A stretch of 60,019 bases of DNA, counting the filler, from Catajapyx aquilonaris (lineage: Eukaryota), in NCBI GenBank assembly GCA_000934665.2. It is 3 parts of 3 records of this genome, joined end to end, with 100 filler letters (N's around TTAATTAATTAA, not from the genome) between each part and the next. Parts side by side here need not be neighbours in the genome. Positions count along the whole stretch, not along the records: positions 39,925 to 60,019 come from JYFJ02006395.1; 2 more parts are not named here. The stretch is one strand, 5' to 3'. Both the position numbers and the translations under genes were made by a program. Positions 49,830-60,019 of the stretch are shown piece after piece (positions within the stretch are counted from its first letter, which is position 1; each line of letters begins with the position of its first letter). The notes under the pieces are model-generated. The model searched no databases. It saw only the letters and a program-made list of their open reading frames with translations, and had not been told where the DNA came from.

Positions 49830-50644
49830 GGTAAGGGTGGAGTTTAGCCCAGCAAAAGTCTTGCAGGTTTCTATATATATTCTGAATCTACTAGATGAGC
49901 TGGGTTTAATGACGCTATTCCTAGTGTGCAGAAATGTTTAGTCCACGAGCATTGAATTTTGAAATTGCAAGCAATAGCAATGAATATATGAAATCAAACA
50001 AGTGATTCTTTGTTGAAACAGTTCACTCCCATTGTTGAGTGAATGAATATCCATGGTAATTTTAAAGGTAATTTGTGGGTTGGGTGTTCGCAGCATTACT
50101 GACCGCCTTGTGGCGGCGTAGCTGTGGGTGTTGCATGATGTGGGTGTGGCAAAGCCACAATAACGTTCGTTGGCCTGTGGCGCCACAAGACGGACAGTAA
50201 ATGTTGCAGATTCAAAACTCGAAATAAGCTCCTAGCTCCGCTAACGCTCCGCATTAACTAAAATTATCACGCACGGGCGACGTATACTGTGCCTGGCGCG
50301 GCCACAAGACGGACAGTACTGGTGGGGTCACTCCAACGCCTCGCAGATATCGCCAACAGCAATCATTCAGCATCCCTCACAGTACATTGCCATTGTTACT
50401 CTCACGTTTCCACGGAGAATCACCTCACGCAACAATGGGAGTGAACAGTTTTCAACAAAGGAATACTGGTTTGCCTTAATTTTATTCATTGTTATTACTT
50501 GCTATTTCAAAATTCGGGTACTCTTGAACCAAGAATTTCCACACTGTAGGAATAATTGTGTCATTAGACTCAGCTCATCGAGTAGATTCAAAAACATATC
50601 CAGAAACCTGCAAGATTTCTGCTGGGCTAAACTGCACCGAAGCC
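49830..50644. mobile_element. Mutator-like non-autonomous element (~200-bp TIRs) in the decayed finger tail of gene A
   Basis: Same family as 18371-19497; TSD cagaaaaa / cagaagaa; finger-like sequence resumes after 50644. Confidence 0.85.
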
Positions 50645-51769
50645 CAGAAGAACTTTACAAAATCAAGTTCTTTGAAATCGCAAATGCGGATTCATACCAG
50701 TGCATGAGAGAAGACATTTAATTTTGGGCTGTGCCGTAAAAGAAATATTGCAATACAAGGTGTTTGAAAAGCCAACAAAATCGTACAGTCTGACAGGCAC
50801 ATCCCGGTTGCGTAAAAGAATTCAATAAGGCATATTGTTTCACATGTTAAATGAGAATGCTCATGGAAGAAAAACCCTGCAGCTACCTTGTTAAAAGAAA
50901 ATGTTACGTGATAAGAGTGTCACATGCAATATGAAGGTTCATTATGAGACTGTACATTTGAGAGGAGCCATTTAGTTGCAAAGATTGCCGAAAGCAGTGT
51001 AATTGCAGTCATTTTTTTAAATATCACATGAGCAAGCACACCTGGGAGAAACCTTTCAGTTGATTGCAACTTTTGCCAGAAGACAATAATCAGGAAATTA
51101 ATATGAAGATTCGTGTATTATATACAGTACAATATGGAAGAGAACAAGCAAAAGTGCCAACATCATACATGGTAACTTCAAGTGGGGTTTTCAACAACTA
51201 ATAAGTCGTAGCTGCATACTATCCCCATGCTACAGCTCCAGTCCTCCTGATTTTGGACCATCGACATCCGCCTCTTCCCTGCGTGGAGCTTTACCAGGCA
51301 TAATTTCCATAAGGAGTGCAACTACGACCAAACTCCAGCACATATTGTGACCCTATTGTGACAGCTGAAAATGACGTAATAAAAAAGATAATTATAATAA
51401 AACATGAGTGAATGTGCGCATGTGTCACCCTGTGCAACTATCACTGAGATTTTGAAATGGGAGTTGTAGGGAATCAATAATAATGAGTGAGTGTAAAAAT
51501 TGCAAGCTTTTGACCTTTGATATTCAGTATGTAATGCAAATTATTAAAAGCTAACCACGTCTTTATAGTCATTTTTTTTTTAATGAGACTTTTCCGGGAA
51601 TTTTCAGCCAATTGTACGTTGTGTAATTTTGCCTTTAGCTTTATGAAATTACGTGCACTTTTTTGCCAATTCTGGCGTGATCTCAATTATTAAGAATATT
51701 GTAACGTGAGCACTTTGACAGCACGGAAGGGCAGTCAGTTGTGAATAGCGTTTTTGGAAGGAGTAGCAG

Positions 51770-52045
51770 TGCTTCACCAGTAGCGGCGATTGTTGAGAGG
51801 ATGAGGGATAGCGCATAAGCCCGTCCTTCCACTCTCTCTGGTGTGGCGACAGGAACGCACCCCTCGTTTGCATAAAAAAGAAAAAGAAAAAGATGGCCGC
51901 CTGACTTTGTTCTCTTCGAAGTTGTCCCCCCGTCGAATTGAGCTCCTTTCCCCTCCCGTCCGTCTCATTCACACTGGATTCCTTTGGCCGCCTGGAACAC
52001 TGGGACTCTGGTGGTCCTGCGGGTGTGGAAGAGGAAGGGTGAGTG
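51770..52045 (+). promoter_or_regulatory. Conserved promoter and non-coding first exon of zinc-finger gene B
   Basis: Block repeated at 56870-56995 and 59720-60019; contains a YY1-like aagatggccgcc and ends in a GTGAGT donor near 52039. Confidence 0.65.
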
Positions 52046-52289
52046 AAGGAGGGAGAGGGAGGGAAGGGTTTGTGAGCATGTCAGCATGTGACCAATGGAA
52101 TGCTACGCACATTATTCTGGTTACATTGGAGAGGAACACTAATGTTGTCTAGGGGGGTGGAATACCACCATCCTAAGTTCAATATTTTGCAATGATTTTC
52201 CTTATTCAAACACTGTGCAAGGATGAAAGGATATTGGTAAGGATGGGGATTTCTAGGGGAAGGGGCACAGGTGCCTCCTGGGCCAGATA

Positions 52290-52562
52290 CCCACTGACGC
52301 AGGCGAAAGGGAAATCCCGGGCGGGCCCTGGTTTTGAAACCAGCGGAGACCAGCAAAATATTGCTGGCGTTGCTGGAATGGCTGCTGTTCTCTGCTGGAA
52401 GTTGAGTAGCCATGAACCTTTCCTGCGGTCACAATTTTCAGCAGACCAGCATTGCCGGAACGAGCATGCCAGCATTGCTGCTTTCAAAACCAGGGGGGAT
52501 CGAACCCAGGACCTTCCGCACGCAAGCCGAGCCGTTTCCATCTCGGCCAACATGCCTCCCCC
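52290..52562 (-). mobile_element. Family-D SINE interrupted by a CCCTGG-ended MITE (52326-52495)
   Basis: SINE head matches 7087-7187; insert has TIR CCCTGGTTTTGAAA / TTTCAAAACCAGGG and a probable 2-bp TSD (CMC/EnSpm-like). Confidence 0.75.
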
Positions 52563-53046
52563 GAGGAGGAAAACTAATTCCATATGCGCCTTCCCCTTGT
52601 GTAATGTGATGCATATTTTCATTGGGTTTGGACCACTCCCAATTACCGAAATATTTTATAAAAAAAAAAAAAGCCTAATTATTGAAAGGTTTCACATTTT
52701 TTCGCGATTTTCTCCCTCTCAACGGTATTCTGCAATATGGATGACACTTGATATGTGGCGTTATGGATTTATTTCACCAAAATCGGAATCTTCTAGCAAC
52801 ATTTAAGATCACTTGATTCAGAATGACAGTTATATTTCGAGGAATTTGGCTCCCCAGAGGTCAAATACAAATCCAAGACAAAAAATGAATGGTCATTATG
52901 AGTTACTAGTGTGAAAGTTGAAATTTTGATTCGTAGTGTTCTCTTCTGCCCACATCTCATAGAAATGTCCCTCCTCTTCAGCACTTATGATTGGGTTACT
53001 ACACTTGACATGACTACATGACCTCCACCCTTGTGTTTGCAGGACC

Positions 53047-55671
53047 ATGTCTTTGATCCTGAAGATAAAGAAGGAAGGGGAAGTGAAGGAGGAGGAGGAC
53101 ATCACAGTGGATGAGGAGAGTTGGAGGCTAAGGGTGAAGGAGGAGGAGGAGACCCCTTCCTGCTTTGATGGTGGCTCCACTCTCACGGAAGACACTCTCC
53201 TCGAGATCAAGAAGGAGGAAGGAGAGGAGGAGGAGGAGATGGTGGTGGACATGTCTGGGGAGGTTGATGATGAAGATGACCCTTTGGCAGTTGGTTCAGG
53301 AAGGAATAGTGGGGTAAGTGCTGTGATGGAAAGGCGATACAATTTGATACAAAGAGTCACACCAAATCATCAATTCAAATCAAACCCCCAGGCTTGGAAA
53401 GTTGTTTCAATGGGGATACCCAGTACCCACACTGCTGCCGTATTTACTCAACCACTAGGTGATGTAAATGATTAGACTGCAGTGCAGTTATGCCTCGGAT
53501 TCGATACATTTCTAGAGTCAGAAGCCGGCCTTGTGAGTAGTTTGGCAATGGTGATGGGCTGGGTGGCGGATAGCTCATTGAATCTTGCCAGGTGAAAATG
53601 CATGAAAGTAAGATCAAGCATCCAGGGGAGTGTAGGGAGCCACAATAGTGTAATGCCAGATGGGCTGTTATTCTGGACGTTACTCGAGTTCCCCAGTTAG
53701 GGTTCCCGCCCTATGGTCAGGTGGGAACACATTGTTACTGCCGGATGGGGAGGCGAGCTTGCGATAAGGCAGCCCATATCATGTGCCGCTCTGAGCCAAG
53801 ACTATGCTGCTTCGTCTTGATACATCCTTATGATCCGCTTTTATCACCTGGCCCGCAATTATCAGGCATTGATCACAAAGCACTTGCAAGGAATTTTCTT
53901 GACAGACATCACTTGCATAGCACACCTCTCATTCATATGAGCACAAAAGCAGAGTAGGGAGGATATGGACAGGGAAATAAGTCATACAGGCACAGGGGAC
54001 ACCATATTCTGGAGATTATGGGAGTTCGCTATCAACATAAAACATGAGGGTGACGTTTACAAACGAAGAATTTCCCTGGTATAATATTGAATGGGCCAGA
54101 AACCTTTTTTACTGCCTGTATTAAATTGAAGAATTCAAAGGGTATAAAAATATAGTCGCTTATCATGTTTTTCCGTTCGAGGAAGTGCCAGAAAATATGG
54201 CTAGTCGCTTATCATGTAGCCCGTGTTGCCGTCTCGTGCATGATACGTGAACTTGGAGAATGCCAAAACGGTGTTCATGTCTTTTACATAGTTGCTAGGT
54301 GTTTAGGTAAAAAATGACAAAACTGGCTGTTATCATGATTTCCTACCACTTACTACTGTATCACTTACCTTCTTAGTTAATAAGAATTGTTCAAGGTAAA
54401 TGCTAGAATTGACCTCCCACATTGTAAAATTAAAATTGATGTACTGTAACTTTACATTTCAGGTTGTGCAAGTGAGTACTGAAGGCGGAGTAGAAGAGAA
54501 AGGCATCCAGGAGGAAAAGGACAGGGGGAAATGTGATGGAAGAGATCCATTTGAGTGCAGAATATGCCAGAAATTACTTGGTACCCTTGATGATATGAAT
54601 ATTCACATGATAACTCACAGTGAAAGAAATTGCTGCCAGATTTGCCTGAAAGAATTTTATGATCCACATCATTTGAAAACTCATATGCTAATTCACATGG
54701 ATGGGGAACTTTATACTTGTGAGGTGTGCCAGAAAAAATTTATCCAATCAAGTAAGTTGAAAACTCACATGCGAATTCATACAGGAGAAAAACCATTTAC
54801 GTGTGAGGTATGCCAGAAAAAATTCGCCTGGACGAGTAATTTGAAAACCCACCTGAAAATTCATACAGGAGAAAAATCATTTGTTTGTGGGGTATGCCAG
54901 AAAAAATTTACCCAATCAGGTCAGTTGAAAACTCATATGAATACACATACAGGAGAAAAATCATTTACTTGCGAGGTGTGCAGAAAAAAGTTTACTGAAT
55001 CAGGTAATTTGAAAAAGCACATGAAAATTCATACAGGAGAAAAACCATTCCCTTGTGAGGTATGCCACAAAAAAATTCGTCATTCATGTGATTTTAAAAA
55101 GCACATGCTAATTCATACAGGAGGAAAACCATTTACGTGTGAGGTGTGCCAGAAAAAATTTGCCGGGAAGAGTAATTTGAAAAAACACATGCGAATTCAT
55201 ACAGGAGAAAAATCATATGTTTGTGTGGTGTGCCAGAAAAAATTTAACCAGTCAAGTAATTTGAACACTCACATGATAATTCATACAGGAGAAAAACCAT
55301 TTACTTGTGAGGTGTGCCAGAAAAAATTTAACCGGTCAAGTAGTTTGAAAACTCATATGAATATACATACAGGAGAAAAATCATTCACTTGTGAGGTGTG
55401 CAACAAAAAATTTAACCGGTCATGTAGTTTGAACACTCACATGCACATTCATACAGGAGAAAAACCCTTCCCTTGTGAGGTTTGCCAGAAAAAATTTATG
55501 CACTTAAGGAGCGTGAAAGCTCATATGGAAATACATACAGGAGAAAAATCATTTATTTGTGACGTGTGCCAGAAAAAATTTAACGCATCAAGTAGTTTGA
55601 AAACTCACATGAGAATTCATACAAGAGAAAATTCATTTACTTGTGTGGTTGTGCCAGAAATTTTTTTGTGA
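53047..55671 (+). CDS. C2H2 zinc-finger gene B; exons 53047-53313 and 54463-55671 (13 fingers)
   Basis: Phase-0 GT-AG intron; acidic DPL exon plus tandem HTGEKPF-linked fingers. Confidence 0.93.
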
Positions 55672-56130
55672 ATCGACTCAGCTGAAATATCACATGCGGA
55701 TTCATGCAAGAGACAAACTATTTAGTTGTTAGGTGTGCCTGAAAAATTTTCGTGAATCATGTAGGTGAAAAAGTCAAAAGCGAATTCATACATGAAAAAA
55801 ATCATTTATTTTTTTTGTCGTAAAGTTTTTTGTCATCTCACAATGGGAAAATTCATGTGTATTCACACAGGAGAAAGACATCCTTGTTGTGAAATTTACC
55901 AATTTTCCTGAGGTTGAAGATGGAAGTTACTTATATCAAGTCGTTTGAAATCTCACATGCGAATTCATACAAGGGCAAATCCATATATTTGTGAGGTGTG
56001 CCAGAAAATTTATTGTGACAAGTCCTTTGAATTCTCACATGAAAATTCATACATGAGAGACCATTCTCTTGTGAGATGTGCCAGAAAACATTTTGTGAAT
56101 CAAGTAAGTTGAAATTCACCTGCGACTTCA
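55640..56130 (+). pseudogene. Decayed zinc-finger repeats downstream of the gene B stop codon
   Basis: Several ~84-bp units (tgtgaggtgtgccagaaa..cacatgcgaattcataca) with stops and frameshifts. Confidence 0.85.
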
Positions 56131-57037
56131 TACGAGCACATGAGAGAAGCCGTTTAATTTTGGATTGTGCCGGGTTTTTTTTTTTTTTTTTTTTTTTTTT
56201 TTGCAAAGGCCACAAAATCATACAAGACTTACCTACTTACCTACTTACTGAATTCTTTTTCACAACCAGGATACGCCTATCCTGGTTGTGAAAAAGAATT
56301 CAGTAAGTTAACACCCAAAAAAATAGTACCTGCATCCTATCCACATGCTACAGCTCCAGGGCTCCTGATTTTTGACTATCGACATCCGCCTCTTCCCTGC
56401 TCGGAGCTTTTACCAGGCATAATTTCCATAAGCAGTGCAACTATGCGCAAACTCCGGCACATATTGTGGCAGCTGAAAATTACGTAATAAAAGCTAATGA
56501 TAATCAAACGTTAGTGAATGTGCATGTATCACCCTGTGCAACTATCATTGATATTGTGAATGGGAGTTTTAGGGAATCAATAATGAGTGAGTTTAAAAAT
56601 TGCGTGCCTTTGACCTTCGATATTCAGTATGTAATGCAAATTATTAAAAGCTAACCACGTCTTTATAGTCATTTATTTTTTTAAATGGTACTTTTCTGGG
56701 AATTTTCAGCCAATATTGTACGTTGTGTAATTTTGCCTTTTATGCTTTATGAAATAACGTGCAATTATTTGCTAGTTGTGGAGTGATCACAATTAAGAAA
56801 CTAAATTGTAACGTGAGCACTTTGACATCACAGAAGACAAGTTAGTGCAGCGAGTTGTGAGTAGCAGTTCTTCACCAGTAGCGGCGATTATTGAAGGAAT
56901 AGCGGATAATCCCGTCCTTCACTCCGGTGTGGCGACAGGAACGCACCCTCATTTGCATAAATAAAAGAGGAAAAGAAAGATGGCCGCCGCCGACTAGTGT
57001 CTTTCGCATGGCCTCCACTCCTTGTGTTAGCAGTGCC

Positions 57038-58849
57038 ATGTCTTTGATCCTGAGGATAAAGAAGGAGGAGGAAGTGGAGGTGGAGGAGGACATCACAGTG
57101 GACGAGGAGAGTTGGAGGCTGAGGGTGAAGGAGGAGGAAGCACCGCCACCATGGTTGGACAATCATTCTACTCTCGTGGAAGACACTCTCCTCGAGATCA
57201 AGAAGGAGGAAGCGGAGGAGGAGGAGATGGTGGACATGTCTGGGGAAGACAAAGAGGAAGATGACCCATTGGGAGTTGTTCCAGCTGAGGAGGCAGAGAT
57301 GCTGGTGGCCATGTCCAGGGTGGTTGAAGATGACCCTTTGGCTGTTGGTTCAGGAAGTGATAGTCAGGTATGTAATCAGCTGAAACTGCAATTTGATTTT
57401 ACACTAAAGTCAACAGAGATCTGTTGACCTCCTCGTTATCCGCTGGCAACCCCAAATATTTAATGGGAAAAAGGCATGAATTGACTTGGCGTCACACAAA
57501 AGCATCAAGCCTCCCTCAGGTATAGTGTGGTGCAATCATGGTTGGGAACAAAGATCAGCTTAGTGACCCAGCTCAAGGAGCGGAAAACACTTCCAGGCAT
57601 TCCTTCTCCTGAGAGCAAGAATCAGATGGGCTTTGCATGCGCATATGGATGGCTATCCACTGTTCATAATAGAAATTAATGTACAAAGTGATCGAAATAG
57701 AATTCGCATATAGTAAATCCCTATAACTTGAAAACTTGTAGACATATCTAAATGATTTAAGTTTTGAATTGCTAAGAAATGTCTATAAAGTTTTGGTCTC
57801 ACCTTAGTTTGTTTCGATATGAGCTTCATTTGTTGCTCGGAAGATAAAAAGGACAGTATTCGGTCTCGACCCAAACCCGCTCAGTCATACCTGGAGTTGC
57901 AGTTACTATCCCGTAGGTGCTGGATTTCTGGGGTCTTGACACCACACACATTGTTCTTGATGATTAAAATAAAAAGTCGCCTCATCCATGAAACAAACCT
58001 GCCGTAGGAAAGTTTCATATCTTCAGCCTCCGAGCCTTGAATGAGAAGTTTCCCCATGCCTATAGTCCCCGCGGAAGCCCATATCTTACCCCGATGGACT
58101 TTATGTGGAGACAAATGTATGGTGAAATGATTCTGAATAAAACTGCAGTACTAACACTAGACATGTCAGAAGGCATGACACCGACTACACCATTTCAATT
58201 TGGCAGGCGACAAATGGAGCTCATATAGAAACAAACTATGGTAAGAACAAAACTTTAGACATTTTTTAGCATTTCAAAACTTAAATCATTCAGACAGGTT
58301 TTCGAGTTATATGGTTTTAAAATCTGCGCATTATTTTTCGATCACCCTGTACTATAATTGACTTTCCAGGTTGTTCAAGTGAGGACTGACGATGGCGTAG
58401 AAGAGAAAGGGATCCAAGAAGAAAGAAACCAGCAGGGAATATGTGATGGAAGAAATCCGCTTGAGTGCAGAATATGCCAGAAATTTTTTGGTACCCAACT
58501 AGATTTGAAAGTTCACATGATGATTCATAGTAAAAGGTTTTGCTGCCATATTTGCCAGATAAGATTTGATGATTCCACTCAGCTAAGGTCTCACAAGCGA
58601 ATTCATACAGTTTGTGATGTCTGCCATAAGAAATTTATGTATTCAAGTCATTTAAAAACGCACAAGCTAATCCATATGGGAGAAAAACCATTTACTTGTG
58701 AGGTGTGCCAGAAAAAATTTCGTGATTCAAGTCTCTTGAAAAAGCACACGCAGATTCGTACAGGATACAAACCATTTACTTGTCAGGTCTGCCAGAAAAT
58801 CTTTTGTGAATATTATGATTTGATAATGCACTTGCGAATTCATACATGA
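57038..58849 (+). CDS. C2H2 zinc-finger gene C; exons 57038-57367 and 58370-58849 (5 fingers, one degenerate)
   Basis: CAG|GTATGT donor, tttccag|GTT acceptor, phase 0; duplicated DPL segment. Confidence 0.88.
57684..58349. mobile_element. maT-derived foldback element in the intron of gene C
   Basis: TA|CAAAGTGATCGAAA...TTTCGATCACCCTG|TA; same family as 15130-15786 and 17828-19571. Confidence 0.85.
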
Positions 58850-59639
58850 CAGAAACCAATAATTTATTTTCGAGATGTGCCATAAAAAGTGTTAACCTTA
58901 TGCGTAAAGAACGGATTTTGAGTTTCTAAGAAACCCTCAAATAGGTAGACAATTAGCTCCTTAAAATAGTCAAAATAGGCTCTTAAATAGGCACTAAATA
59001 TCAAGCCGGCCCTAATTTATTTTCATTCCTGGCAATGGAATTTTCCAACGCAGTTGTTTCATATTATCGTTGCTTAGTCTGCACCTCAAGTTGCGTTTAC
59101 ATGTGACCGATTTGACAAGTGAAATATTCGCACACTGTATTAACTATTGATTTTCGCTTCGTACGAGAACATGAGAAGCAAATTATTCTTGGGCTGTGCC
59201 GTGAAAAAAATTTGCAATACAAGTGTTTGAAAAGCTTAAAAAAAAGAAGAAGTCATACAGGACAGGCACATCCTGGTTGTGTAAAAGAATTCAGGGAGAC
59301 ATATTGTTTGAAATGGCAATTTAAAAAAATCTAATTATAATAAAACACTAGTGAATGTGCATGCATCACCCTGTGCGACTACATTGATATTGTGAAGTGG
59401 GAGTTTTCGGTAATCAATAATGAGTGAGTGTAAAAATTGCATGCCTTTGAATTGCCTTTGAATTGCTTTGGAATTCAGTACTATGTAATGCAAATTATTA
59501 AAAGTTAACCACCTCTTTATAGTCATTTTCTTTAAAAAGAGGAGACTTTTCTGGGATCGCAGCCAATTGTACGTTGTGTAATTTTGCATTTTGATTCGTG
59601 AAATGACATGAAATTATTTGCCAATTCTGAAGTGATCTC

Positions 59640-60019
59640 GATTAAGAAATTAAATTGTAACGTGAGCACTTTGACAGCACAGAAGGGAAGTCAGTTGTGA
59701 ATAGCGGTTTTGGAAGGAGTTCTTCACCAGTAGCGGCGATTATTAAAGGAGGGATATAGCGCATAAGCCCGTCCTTCCACTCTCTGGTGTGGCGACAGGA
59801 ACGCACCCCTCATTTGCATAAAAAAGAAAAAGAAAAGAAAAAGATGGCCGCCTGACTTTGTTCTCTTCGAAGTTGTCCCCCCGTCGAATTGAGCTCCTTT
59901 CCCCTCCCGTCCGTCTCATTCACACTGGATTCCTTTGGCCGCCTGGAACACTGGGACTCTGGTGGTCCTGCGGGTGTGGAAGGAGGGGAGGAGGAGGAAG
60001 AATAGGGTGAGTGAAAAGG
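59640..60019 (+). promoter_or_regulatory. Promoter and first non-coding exon of a fourth cluster unit (gene D, continues beyond the window)
   Basis: Near-identical to 51690-52045; ATTTGCAT at 59812-59819, aagatggccgcc, GTGAGT donor at about 60007. Confidence 0.7.

Noticed and set aside
54463..55671. Regular 84-bp periodicity resembling a CRISPR-like repeat-spacer array
   Set aside because: It is the 28-codon C2H2 finger repeat in a eukaryotic gene; no cas genes.

Overview
Eukaryotic genomic DNA, inferred to be from an insect (or other arthropod) draft assembly, with two scaffold gaps carrying TTAATTAATTAA linkers. All calls were made by eye, with no database searches. (1) 544-1541 (-): five coding exons of a PRPP-synthase-associated protein (PRPSAP-like) gene, with 5'UTR exons upstream; the 3' end lies outside the window. 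(2) 15057-20153 (-): a phase-consistent five-coding-exon gene for an unrecognised 88-aa protein that the ORF track misses. (3) 7-20 kb: a dense nest of tRNA-derived SINEs (one with a V-SINE-like core), MITEs and LINE relics. (4) 20.5-39.8 kb: non-coding apart from MITEs and a SINE. (5) 40-60 kb: a tandem cluster of two-coding-exon C2H2 zinc-finger genes (three complete units plus the promoter of a fourth). Each has an acidic N-terminal exon rich in psi-KxE motifs with a DPL motif, and the finger arrays differ in length and decay at the 3' end. The intron of the first unit holds a 6018-bp full-length Helitron (42828-48845). Its exact A|T empty site is visible in the paralogue, and its RepHel ORF is broken only by one missing base.
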